DNA of 64,000 bases from NCBI GenBank assembly GCA_963675365.2, contig CAXXVA010000002.1, forward strand, positions 109,899 through 173,898. The letters are read 5' to 3'. The stretch's first letter is position 1; each line of letters begins with the position of its first letter. This stretch comes from Candidatus Limiplasma sp. (GTDB lineage Bacteria > Bacillota > Clostridia > Christensenellales > Aristaeellaceae). Positions 44,953 to 53,411 of the stretch are shown here, piece by piece. The position numbers were made by a program, and so were the translations under genes. Under the pieces are notes generated by a model. The model was given only the letters and a program-made list of their open reading frames with translations, was not told where the DNA came from and did not search any database.

Positions 44953-45717
44953 TTACACGGGGTAATTTTGCAGGTATTCCACCCATTCCTGATAGATCGC
45001 TTCCTCGGATTTGCCGAAAACCGCCGCGTAATCCTGCGAGACGATCAGCTCCAGCACCTTGTTCCATCCGTAGGCCTGGTCCAGGTACTTAATGTAGGTA
45101 TGCGCGAAGGTATAGCCGCCCATATTGGAGAAATAAATCGGGTTTTTGGTGCGGGTGTCCGACAAGCTGGGGATATTGCGCCACGATAGCACCTCGCGGC
45201 GGAACGCCTGCCCGTTGGTCAGGTACAGCGCCATTCCCTCGGTCAGCCACAGGCGGATGCGAGGGTTCATGGTGTACACGTAGGCGTGCGCAATCTCGTG
45301 GGGCGCGGCGCTCAGGATGGTATCGTAATCGTGCGCGGTGCCGGTGGCCGCGGGCGAAGTGAGGATCACGTCGTCGCCCAGGTTGTCGCCGATGTACCAG
45401 CTAAGCCCCAGCAGCGGGATAATCAGCCCGTATTTCTTCTGCTGCATCCGCACTTGGCTGTCGTAGACGAAAACGTCGATCACCGGCGGATCAGAAAGCG
45501 CCAGTTTGTCCGTGAGGGCTGCTGCCGATACTTCCGCCAGGGCGAATACGTCTTCCGCGGCCGCTTTTTCCGTTTGGTAATACACCCGCACGTAGTCCCC
45601 GGAAAGCGTTTGCATGCCGGGGACCTTTCGCCACAGGACGGGAATGAACGAAGCCGCGGCGATGGCGACAAGCGCCATCACCGCGACGAGTGTGATTTTC
45701 AGAACCTTTTTACCCAT
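44953..45717 (-). CDS. Membrane-anchored putative zinc metallopeptidase
   Basis: N-terminal TM helix and HEIAHAY (HExxH) motif. Confidence 0.6.
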   Translation of the reverse strand: MGKKVLKITLVAVMALVAIAAASFIPVLWRKVPGMQTLSGDYVRVYYQTEKAAAEDVFALAEVSAAALTDKLALSDPPVIDVFVYDSQVRMQQKKYGLIIPLLGLSWYIGDNLGDDVILTSPAATGTAHDYDTILSAAPHEIAHAYVYTMNPRIRLWLTEGMALYLTNGQAFRREVLSWRNIPSLSDTRTKNPIYFSNMGGYTFAHTYIKYLDQAYGWNKVLELIVSQDYAAVFGKSEEAIYQEWVEYLQNYPV

Positions 45718-45725
45718 GCTCTCCC

Positions 45726-46967
45726 TTATTGCGCCACAAGCCCCAGCGCGACCTCATAGGCCTTTTTAAGCTGCGCGTCGTTCAGGTCGCCGAACTGGAA
45801 TACCTGGGTCGCCTGGTCTTCGGGCATGGCGACCTCCACGTCCGGCGTAATGCCGACGTCCTTGGGGCAGAACCCGTTGGGCGTGTAGTACTGCGCGGTG
45901 GTAATCTGCATGCCGTCGGTGCTTTCGTCGTACTGGTTGAGCCCGATCACGGATTGCACCACGCCTTTGCCGAAGCTCTGCACGCCCACGATCGTGGCGA
46001 TGCCGTAATCCTGCAGCGCGCCGGCGATGATTTCAGACGAGGAAGCGGAGTATTCGTTCATCAGCATCACGACGGGGATATCCACGCTGCCCGCCGTGGC
46101 GTTATAGTATTCCTGCTGTCCGTAGCGGTCTTCTAGGTAGACCACCACGTCGTCGTCGATAAAGTTGTCGGCGATGTCCACCGCCGCCTGCACCCAGCCG
46201 CCGGGGTTGTCGCGCAGGTCAAAGATCAGCACCTTCATACCCTGGGCAATCAGCGCGTCCAAATGTTCCTTGAAGCTTTCGGCACAGTCGCCGGCGAATT
46301 CGTACAGGAGGATATAGCCCACGTTATCGTCCAGCATCATCGAGGACACGCGGTTGATGTGAATTACGGCGCGTTCGACGTCGAACTCGAGAATCTCGTT
46401 ATCGCGCAGGACGCTCACATGCACGCTTTCGCCCACCTCGCCGCGCATGGTGTCCACGGCTTCCTGCAGGGTGTAGACGTTGACGTCGATATCTTCAACC
46501 TGCACCAGCACGTCGCCCTTGCGCAGGCCCGCCTGCTCGGCCGGGCTGCCCTCGAACGTGCGGGTGATGGTGCACAGTTCCGTGATATAGCTTGCGGAGA
46601 TCTGAATGCCGATGCCGGCGTACTTGCCCTCGTCGTCCTCCCAGAGGTCGCTGAACTGCTCGGAGGTGTAATAGAAGGTGTACGGGTCGTCCAGCGCCGC
46701 CAGCATCCCGGCCTTGGCGCCGTCCAGCAGGGTATCGAAATCCGATTCCTTGTAGTAGTAATAGTCGATATAATCGGCGATCTGGTCAAGCTCGGCGTAC
46801 TTTTGGTAGCGATCGTACTCCGTCTTGGAAATGGTCACCGTATCGTCCTGGCTCTGGTAGGGCGCAAACAGCTGCGCCGAGGCAAGGGGGGCCGCCGCGC
46901 CAAGCAGCAGCACCGTGACGACGAGGAGGGATATCCATAGGATTTTCTTATTCTTGGGGATTTTCAT
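45726..46967 (-). CDS. ctpA: S41 family C-terminal processing peptidase
   Basis: Signal/TM segment, PDZ region (GSPAEQAGLRKGDVLVQVE), catalytic SASSSEIIAGALQD and GKGVVQS. Confidence 0.85.
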   Translation of the reverse strand: MKIPKNKKILWISLLVVTVLLLGAAAPLASAQLFAPYQSQDDTVTISKTEYDRYQKYAELDQIADYIDYYYYKESDFDTLLDGAKAGMLAALDDPYTFYYTSEQFSDLWEDDEGKYAGIGIQISASYITELCTITRTFEGSPAEQAGLRKGDVLVQVEDIDVNVYTLQEAVDTMRGEVGESVHVSVLRDNEILEFDVERAVIHINRVSSMMLDDNVGYILLYEFAGDCAESFKEHLDALIAQGMKVLIFDLRDNPGGWVQAAVDIADNFIDDDVVVYLEDRYGQQEYYNATAGSVDIPVVMLMNEYSASSSEIIAGALQDYGIATIVGVQSFGKGVVQSVIGLNQYDESTDGMQITTAQYYTPNGFCPKDVGITPDVEVAMPEDQATQVFQFGDLNDAQLKKAYEVALGLVAQ

Positions 46968-46980
46968 GATTCGTCACCTT

Positions 46981-48051
46981 CTAGTAGATCTGTTTGGGCT
47001 TCTCATGCCCGCATTTTTTCAGTTCGTGGAGTATTTTAAACGTCACGGCGTCGTCGAATTTGCGCAGGTCAAGCCCGGTCTGCCGCTGGACCTTGTCCAG
47101 CCTGTACACCAGGGTGTTGCGGTGAATGTAAAGCTGCCGCGCGGTATCGGAGAGGTTGAGGTCCTTGCGGAAAAACATCTCGATGGTCTGCAGCATCTCG
47201 TCGTTGAACAGCTTGGCCGTTTTGCGGTTAAATAAAAGCTGGTGGTAGTGCATGCCCTCCTCGCGGGGGATGTCCATCAAAAAGCGCTCCAGCAGCAGGA
47301 AGCGGAACACGTGGATGGAGCCGCTCTTTTGGAAGATATGGCCGACCTCCATGGCGCGCTTGGCCTCCAGGTAGCTTTCGGCAAGCGTGGCGAGCGTCGC
47401 CTTGGGCTCGCCGATGCCGATGGTCACCTGGCGGATGCCTTCCTGCGTCAGGGTTTCTTCCACGGCCATGGCGAACTGGTACAGATCGTCCACCCCGTCG
47501 ATGCCGTTCATATCCTTGATCAGCACCGTGTTATGGCGGTTCATTTCCACCAGGGTGTCGGTTTCCGTCAGCGGGATCAGCTCTCCCAGCGTCGCGTATG
47601 AGCTCATCTTTTCGGTGTTTTCCAGCTGGAACAGCATCACGCAGCGGTCCATATCCATGGGGATCTGGTGCTCGGCCGCCCGCGCCGCAAGCGCCGTGCC
47701 GATCTCATCCTGCCTAAGCACCCGGCGGAGGACGTCGGACTGGCTGGCGATGGAAAAGCTTGACTTGAGCATGCTCATCAGCATGGCGTCGGCAAGCTTT
47801 AGCAGATCCTCCGCGCCCGCCGCGCCCGAATCGCAGATCAGGAACAGCTGCGGGTTCAGGTCCAGCGCGCGGAAGTATTCCCTGCCGATCATGTGGGTGA
47901 TTCCGGGCGTCATCACCATGGCGGGCAGAATTTTGCGCTCGCCTTCCTCGGGTACCACCGGGAAGCCCTGCGCGTCCAAAAGCCGCACCGGCACGCTGAG
48001 CCCCGCAAAGATCGCCTCGATCCGTTTGATGTAGCGTTTTTCAATAAACAC
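46981..48051 (-). CDS. PucR/CdaR family transcriptional regulator
   Basis: C-terminal HTH ARQLYIHRNTLVYRLDKVQRQTGLDL. Confidence 0.8.
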   Translation of the reverse strand: MFIEKRYIKRIEAIFAGLSVPVRLLDAQGFPVVPEEGERKILPAMVMTPGITHMIGREYFRALDLNPQLFLICDSGAAGAEDLLKLADAMLMSMLKSSFSIASQSDVLRRVLRQDEIGTALAARAAEHQIPMDMDRCVMLFQLENTEKMSSYATLGELIPLTETDTLVEMNRHNTVLIKDMNGIDGVDDLYQFAMAVEETLTQEGIRQVTIGIGEPKATLATLAESYLEAKRAMEVGHIFQKSGSIHVFRFLLLERFLMDIPREEGMHYHQLLFNRKTAKLFNDEMLQTIEMFFRKDLNLSDTARQLYIHRNTLVYRLDKVQRQTGLDLRKFDDAVTFKILHELKKCGHEKPKQIY

Positions 48052-48086
48052 GGGCTGTCGCCTCTTCCTTTATAGCGTCTGCGGAA

Positions 48087-48893
48087 CTACGCGAGCGTCC
48101 GCATGTAGTTGGCGTAGTGTGCGAATACGATGCCGGGCTCTTCCAGCGTCGTATCCCAGCGTTTGACCCATTCCAGGGAGTAGAAGCCTTCGTAGCCGAC
48201 GGCCTTGAGCGCCGTCACTACGCCTTCCAGCGGTACGTCGCCAAAGCCCGGCAGGGCGTAGCGGTAACCGTCGGCGGTCTTCTGGCTGTCCTTTAAGTGG
48301 GTGTGGCATATCCAGGGGTTAAGGTTTGCGACCGTCGCCTGCGGGCTTTCGCCCCGGAAGCGGTAGGGATGATGCACGTCCCACAGCGCGCCCATGAACT
48401 TGGAGTTGACGGCCTCCAAAAGCTTTGCGAGCTTTTCGGAGTCGCACCAAACGCCGTTGGTTTCAATCAGCAGCGTGACGCCGTAATCTTCGGCGAGCTT
48501 GGCAAGCTTCATCGCGTGCTCTTTGACGTAGCCCTCGTCCACCGTGCCGATGGGCTTGGGCACGGGCGCGGCGGCCATGATGCGCACATAGGGCGTATTC
48601 AGCCGCTTTGCCAGTTTCAGGTATGCTTCCACCTCGACGTCCACAGGCGCTTCGGAGTCGCGCAGGTGAATGCAGCAATCGCTGTCCAGGCAGGGGATCG
48701 CAAGATTCATGCGTTTAAGCTCGTCCATGGTGTGCTGGATGTTTTTCTCGGAGAAAATCGGGATCACGGGTACGGAGATGTCCGTGCCGATTCCGCGCAT
48801 TTCGACGCCCTGATAGTTCAGGTCTACCGCCGCGGACGTGATCTCGCGCCAGCTCCAATGCGGGCAGCCCAGCGTAGAAAAGCTGATCTTCAT
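48087..48893 (-). CDS. Sugar phosphate isomerase/epimerase (xylose isomerase-like TIM barrel)
   Basis: 268 aa. LIETNG, WDVHHPY and LEWVK patterns are typical of AP endonuclease 2 / TIM-barrel isomerases. Confidence 0.7.
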   Translation of the reverse strand: MKISFSTLGCPHWSWREITSAAVDLNYQGVEMRGIGTDISVPVIPIFSEKNIQHTMDELKRMNLAIPCLDSDCCIHLRDSEAPVDVEVEAYLKLAKRLNTPYVRIMAAAPVPKPIGTVDEGYVKEHAMKLAKLAEDYGVTLLIETNGVWCDSEKLAKLLEAVNSKFMGALWDVHHPYRFRGESPQATVANLNPWICHTHLKDSQKTADGYRYALPGFGDVPLEGVVTALKAVGYEGFYSLEWVKRWDTTLEEPGIVFAHYANYMRTLA

Positions 48894-49054
48894 CTCAGTC
48901 GCCTCCGTATTGCATATCCGGTATCATTATGATATCATTGCGGCGAATGAAAGGCAAGTCCCGCATTGCTTCGGCGGCCCTGAAAGCCGCCCGCGCGGAG
49001 CCTTGACTTGTAACAGAAAACCGATAATATGTAAATCTTGGGCGGAGGCATGCC

Positions 49055-50362
49055 ATGCGGAACAGGCGCAGACGATCCGGCGTTTCCACGGGCACGGTGG
49101 CGACGCTCGTTCTGTTTGTCTTGGTCGCCGGGGGCAGCGCGCTGCTGTTTCCAAAGCTTCTGGGGCGCGTGGACCAGCGCGTGAGCCCGCAGCAGGTGGG
49201 CGTGGCGCTGGAAAATTCGTTTGCCGCGTTTTCGGACAGCGTTCTCGGGCAGCCGACGAGCACGCCGGACCCCGCTGCCACCGCGCCGCCGACCGTAACC
49301 CCGCAGCCGCAGCAAACGGTTACGCCCGGCCAGACCTTCAAGCTAAGCATCACGGCGGCGGGGGAGCTGTCGTTCGATCTGGGGATACAATCCGCTTGCC
49401 AGTCCGGCGACGGCTACGATTTTGATTTCTGCTTTGAACAGATCAAAGGCTACCTGACCGGCGATATCAAGCTGGCGACGCTTTATAACATCGTGCTCCC
49501 CGGCGAACCCCTGTCCGACGTCAATATGCCCGCCGCGGCGGTAACGGCCGTTAAGAACGCGGGCTTCAACGTATTGTCCACGGGCTTTTACGGCGCGCTG
49601 GACGGCGGCGTGGACGGCCTTGCGGCGACGCTTGCGCTGATCCGGCAAAACGGGATGCTGCCCTACGGCACCTACACCACGGCCGGCGAACGCGGCCAGG
49701 TGGTTACCCAAGAGGTAAACGGCGTGAAAGTTGCGTTTTTAAGCTTTCAGGCGGAGCTGAGCACCCAGGGTAAGCGCGTGACCACCAAGGAGGCGCAGGG
49801 CTACGTGTTCGCGCAGATGACCCTGCCGGTGATGACCGCCGATATCGCCGCCGCGCGCGAGGCCGGGGCGGGCGTAGTGGTCGTATCGCTTTGCTGGGGG
49901 CTTGAGGACGCCGACGCGCCCACCAAGCTGCAGCGCGAGATGGCCCAGGGCATCGCCGACGCCGGGGCGGATATCATTCTGGGCACCAATCCGGGCGTAC
50001 TGCAGCCCGTAGTGATTCTATCATCCACGAAAGCCGACGGTACGCAGCGGCAAACGCTGTGCGCCTATTCCCTTGGCAGTATCCTCAATTCCGACCGCCG
50101 CAACCGCGCGGTGATCACCAGCGTTCTTTTGCACATCAACCTCCGCTACACCCCGCAAAACGACGCCCTGAGCTTTGAGACCATCACCTACACGCCGGTG
50201 TACATCTGGCGCGGCTCAAGCGGGAAGAAAACCACGCTGCAGCCCGTGATCGCCAACGCCGAGCCGCCCGCCGAAATGAACGACGACCAGCAGGCCATCA
50301 TGGGCCGCGCGCTGGCGGACGTCAGGGCTATCTTTGAAAATTCGCTGATCGAGGAACGGTGA
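49055..50362 (+). CDS. CapA (PGA_cap)-like membrane-anchored protein, catalytic residues apparently substituted
   Basis: N-terminal TM helix. Collinear with CapA blocks, but GTNPGVLQP replaces the canonical GHHPHV, CWG replaces HWG, and TGFYGALDGG replaces NNHxxDxG. Confidence 0.5.
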   Translation: MRNRRRRSGVSTGTVATLVLFVLVAGGSALLFPKLLGRVDQRVSPQQVGVALENSFAAFSDSVLGQPTSTPDPAATAPPTVTPQPQQTVTPGQTFKLSITAAGELSFDLGIQSACQSGDGYDFDFCFEQIKGYLTGDIKLATLYNIVLPGEPLSDVNMPAAAVTAVKNAGFNVLSTGFYGALDGGVDGLAATLALIRQNGMLPYGTYTTAGERGQVVTQEVNGVKVAFLSFQAELSTQGKRVTTKEAQGYVFAQMTLPVMTADIAAAREAGAGVVVVSLCWGLEDADAPTKLQREMAQGIADAGADIILGTNPGVLQPVVILSSTKADGTQRQTLCAYSLGSILNSDRRNRAVITSVLLHINLRYTPQNDALSFETITYTPVYIWRGSSGKKTTLQPVIANAEPPAEMNDDQQAIMGRALADVRAIFENSLIEER

Positions 50363-50368
50363 CAAATT

Positions 50369-50743
50369 ATGAGCGCAAAAAACAGGTCCTTTATCTCCGG
50401 GTTTTTCCACGCGGTGGACGGCGTAAAAGAAGCGCTGAAAACCGAGCGCAGCATGCGCATCCACGCCGTTACGGCCGTACTGGTGGTCGTTTTCGGGTTT
50501 CTGCTCCATATCAGCCTTTGGGAGTGGATCGTCTGCGTGACGCTGTTCGGGCTGGTGATGGGAGCGGAGCTCCTGAATACCGCCCTTGAACACACCGTGG
50601 ATATCTGCTGCCCAAACCTGGACCCCCGCGCCAAGCGCGTCAAAGACGTCGCCGCCGCCGCGGTGCTTACGGTGTCGCTCGCGGCAGGGATCGTGGGATT
50701 ATTGATTTTCGTGCCTAAAGTATGGCATGCAGTGTTTGGGTAA
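50369..50743 (+). CDS. dgkA: Diacylglycerol/undecaprenol kinase
   Basis: 124 aa, three TM helices, GAELLNTALEHTVD motif. Confidence 0.85.
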   Translation: MSAKNRSFISGFFHAVDGVKEALKTERSMRIHAVTAVLVVVFGFLLHISLWEWIVCVTLFGLVMGAELLNTALEHTVDICCPNLDPRAKRVKDVAAAAVLTVSLAAGIVGLLIFVPKVWHAVFG

Positions 50744-50900
50744 ATAATGCCAAAACCCCCGATACGCTGCCGGGTTGATTTTCCTCATCTTGCGCCCGCG
50801 GGGGTTTCGACGTAGCGCTGCTACGACTTCAACCCCCGCAAACGCAACCTGTGAAAAATCCACCTCGGCATCGCACAGGTTCTTCCGGCATTATTTACCC
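50738..50900 (+). repeat. Family-A palindromic repeat, copy R5
   Basis: Core TCGACGTAGCGCTGCTACGACTTC. Perfect 14-bp outer arms GGGTAAATAATGCC (50738-50751, includes the dgkA stop) / GGCATTATTTACCC (50887-50900). Confidence 0.85.
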
Positions 50901-51021
50901 AAGTGGAATACCGTTATTGGTTTATCATATTTGATAAATGTGGAGAATTTGATGAGCTTCAAATCATAGCCAATTTTCTGTAATGTTGTATGTTTATATA
51001 GTAATGCAGAAGGAGCATATT

Positions 51022-52080
51022 ATGTCAGATACATTAATAGATATTTTGAATAAAGCATTTGAGGAACATATTAATAAACTTAAAAAGCAAGGTGTTTCCG
51101 ATGAGGAAGTTTTAGTAAGAGAACGAGAATTTGACTTTACAGAAGTGCTAGAGACAATGATACAAACTGCTACAGATAATACGGTTCAATTCTTTCAGAG
51201 CACTATGTATGAACGTGTGATGGAGGAACGAGCTACTATAGATGAGTTTATTGCACATCAGGATCAAATATGGGGTAAAGGTTTTGTAGCATCAGAAGCA
51301 ATGTATATTATTGCTGTCGAATCTGCAGAGGCATATGGAGAGTATTTGGCAGATTTACCGAATAACCAAAAAGATGATAAAAAATATCGATACCTTGCAT
51401 TACGAGAACTTCATGGACGTTCTTGTCAAGTGTTTCTTGAGATACTTTGCCTTATGAAATCAGGATTTGCTGATGGTGCATATGCACGATGGCGTACTAT
51501 GTATGAGCTGAGCATTGTAGCGGAGTTTATTTGGAACAATGAAGAATACGTTGCTCAAGCATTCATTCAAGCATCTGAAGGCAATGACAACTGGTACAAC
51601 TGGGCAAAAGAAGCACCATGCTTCAAATCACAAAAAAAGAATATAACTTTTTCTGCTATTGAATCTAAGTGTAATCTATTAACTGATGATTGGAAAAAAC
51701 AACACGAATTGGCACATAAAATTGTTCACGCATCGCCACAAGCCACATTTAAGCGTTTAGGTATTTTCAAACCAAATGGCAATATAATAGCAGGTCATAC
51801 TGACTATGGTATAGTTAGTGCAGCCGAGAATTCTGCGATTTCGCTTTCAAAAATCACAACATTATTCCTTACTCTAATACCATATGGGGACGGTTTAGTG
51901 CACTCACGATGTTTGAGTAAATGGGTAAAAGAAATAAAAAAACATTATTATAATGCTGAAGATAATAGTTTTACAAATGCTGAACCGAAAAATCCACAAT
52001 TGATGGGAATCAAACTAAATAGTACCGGAGAAAACACGCATGCCAATTCCACGGGTTCGCACCGAGTAGATTGCGATTGA
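51022..52080 (+). CDS. AT-rich orphan all-alpha protein (possibly DUF5677-like), function unknown
   Basis: AAGGAG-N7-ATG 51022. 352 aa. AT-rich codons until about 52040. The last 12 codons (ANSTGSHRVDCD) are GC-rich and encoded by the outer arm of repeat R6. Confidence 0.7.
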   Translation: MSDTLIDILNKAFEEHINKLKKQGVSDEEVLVREREFDFTEVLETMIQTATDNTVQFFQSTMYERVMEERATIDEFIAHQDQIWGKGFVASEAMYIIAVESAEAYGEYLADLPNNQKDDKKYRYLALRELHGRSCQVFLEILCLMKSGFADGAYARWRTMYELSIVAEFIWNNEEYVAQAFIQASEGNDNWYNWAKEAPCFKSQKKNITFSAIESKCNLLTDDWKKQHELAHKIVHASPQATFKRLGIFKPNGNIIAGHTDYGIVSAAENSAISLSKITTLFLTLIPYGDGLVHSRCLSKWVKEIKKHYYNAEDNSFTNAEPKNPQLMGIKLNSTGENTHANSTGSHRVDCD

Positions 52081-52196
52081 TTTTGGTTTCTGACGAAGAA
52101 CGAGGCCGCAGTAGTAGCAGAGCTACGTCAAGGCCGAAGTGATGAAGTAAGGAGCCAAAAGCGGCGCAAGATACCGGTGCGAAACCGTGGAATTGG
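52043..52196 (-). repeat. Family-A palindromic repeat, copy R6
   Basis: Core GCAGTAGTAGCAGAGCTACGTCAA. 22-bp outer arms CCAATTCCACGGGTTCGCACCG (52043-52064) / CGGTGCGAAACCGTGGAATTGG (52175-52196), 21 of 22 complementary. Confidence 0.85.
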
Positions 52197-52199
52197 TAT

Positions 52200-53210
52200 T
52201 TAAATAGTCATGAATTCCCTGAACTCCCGCATAATCCCCATCCCGTCCGGGTAGTGCGCCGCGAACTGTGGTACTGCGTGGCTGGGGAAGGAGTTGCCCT
52301 CAATGAAGCAGGGGCCTTGGTTGGTCACGGCCACGTCCCAGGCGATGTAGCGCATCTGGGGTACCCTTTGGGCGGCGCGAAGGCACATGTCCATCGCTTC
52401 CTTGAAGTAGGGGACGGTAAAGCCGATGATCTTAGTGCCGGTCATCGGGTGGGTTTCGTAGGTATCGCCGGCCTTGTCCGCGCCGACGGTCAGGAGCGTT
52501 CCGGTCAAAAGGTCCACGCGGGCGGCCATGCCTCCGCAGTCCACGTTATCCATCACCTTGCCGTTGCCGATGCGCAGGAACGCGTACACCACGCCCTGCT
52601 TTTTGTCGCCCAGCAGGGTGGCGATGCGGATGGTGTTCACCGAGCTCGGGCAGAGCTCCATCATTTTGTTGTGCTGGATCAGGCGTTCTTCCAGAATGCC
52701 GATTTGCCCTTTGAGCAGTTCCTTGCGGAAATCCTCCTCGCGGCTTTCAAAATCGGCCTTCGTGTAGTGTTGAATGCCCACGCCGGAGGATCCCTCCAGG
52801 GGCTTTGCGATGATATCGGGATTCTCGCTTAAGAACGCTTTCAGCTCGTTCAGCGTGGTAGCTTCGGAAAACTTCATCCAGTTGCGCTTGATATCATCCT
52901 TGAACAGGGTGTTGAACTCTGTTTTGTCGTCAAAAAAGTGCCAATAGGCTTTGTCGTTCATTTCGCGCACGATGGTATTGCTCAAGCCCCGCGTGATCAC
53001 GGTCTTTTTCTGCGCGGCGTTCAGGCGGTACATCTCGGCGATCTTGTAGTCCATGTAGCCCGCGTTATAAATCAGGGCGCATTTGAGCAGATCGAAATAC
53101 AGCCACAGGCGGGGTTTGCCGCTGCGCTCCACGAGAAAATCCATGGTTTTTCCGAAGCGCTTGAAATCCATGCGGAAAACGCGCTTGAAGAAGAATACTA
53201 ACCTACTCAT
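52200..53210 (-). CDS. ATP-grasp family protein (sugar-transfer-associated type)
   Basis: Start at MSRLVFFF (AGGAGG RBS, ATG 53208-53210). GSSGVGIQ and CFIEGNSFP motifs. Confidence 0.7.
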   Translation of the reverse strand: MSRLVFFFKRVFRMDFKRFGKTMDFLVERSGKPRLWLYFDLLKCALIYNAGYMDYKIAEMYRLNAAQKKTVITRGLSNTIVREMNDKAYWHFFDDKTEFNTLFKDDIKRNWMKFSEATTLNELKAFLSENPDIIAKPLEGSSGVGIQHYTKADFESREEDFRKELLKGQIGILEERLIQHNKMMELCPSSVNTIRIATLLGDKKQGVVYAFLRIGNGKVMDNVDCGGMAARVDLLTGTLLTVGADKAGDTYETHPMTGTKIIGFTVPYFKEAMDMCLRAAQRVPQMRYIAWDVAVTNQGPCFIEGNSFPSHAVPQFAAHYPDGMGIMREFREFMTI

Positions 53211-53244
53211 GAAGTCCTCCTGAACGAACGAATATAGAAACACA

Positions 53245-53411
53245 ATAGGCAAATGATGAGGAAAGCACTTGTGCGATGGCGAACCGGATTTTTGTCAGGT
53301 TGGGTTTGCGTGGGCCGCAGTAGTAGCAGCGCTACGTCAAGGCTCCCGCAAGCGCAAACTGGCGGAAATACGGTCGATAGCGCGCAGGGGATTGCGTCAG
53401 CGTTTGCCTAT
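53245..53411 (-). repeat. Family-A palindromic repeat, copy R7
   Basis: Core GCAGTAGTAGCAGCGCTACGTCAA. Outer arms ATAGGCAAA (53245-53253) / TTTGCCTAT (53403-53411), the latter overlapping the ychF stop. Confidence 0.85.

Noticed and set aside
50775-50969. 64-aa ORF (and similar small ORFs) inside family-A repeats
   Set aside because: The reading frames are not conserved between repeat copies, there is no RBS, and the sequence is explained by the palindromic element itself.
50738-53411. Family-A palindromes as integron attC sites (CALIN-like cassette array)
   Set aside because: Size and palindromic shape fit. However, I see no IntI gene, no R''/R' (RYYYAAC / GTTRRRY) boxes at the arm ends, and mixed orientations of repeats and genes. 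The copies are also dispersed over the whole window rather than arrayed. The resemblance is noted only as an analogy.
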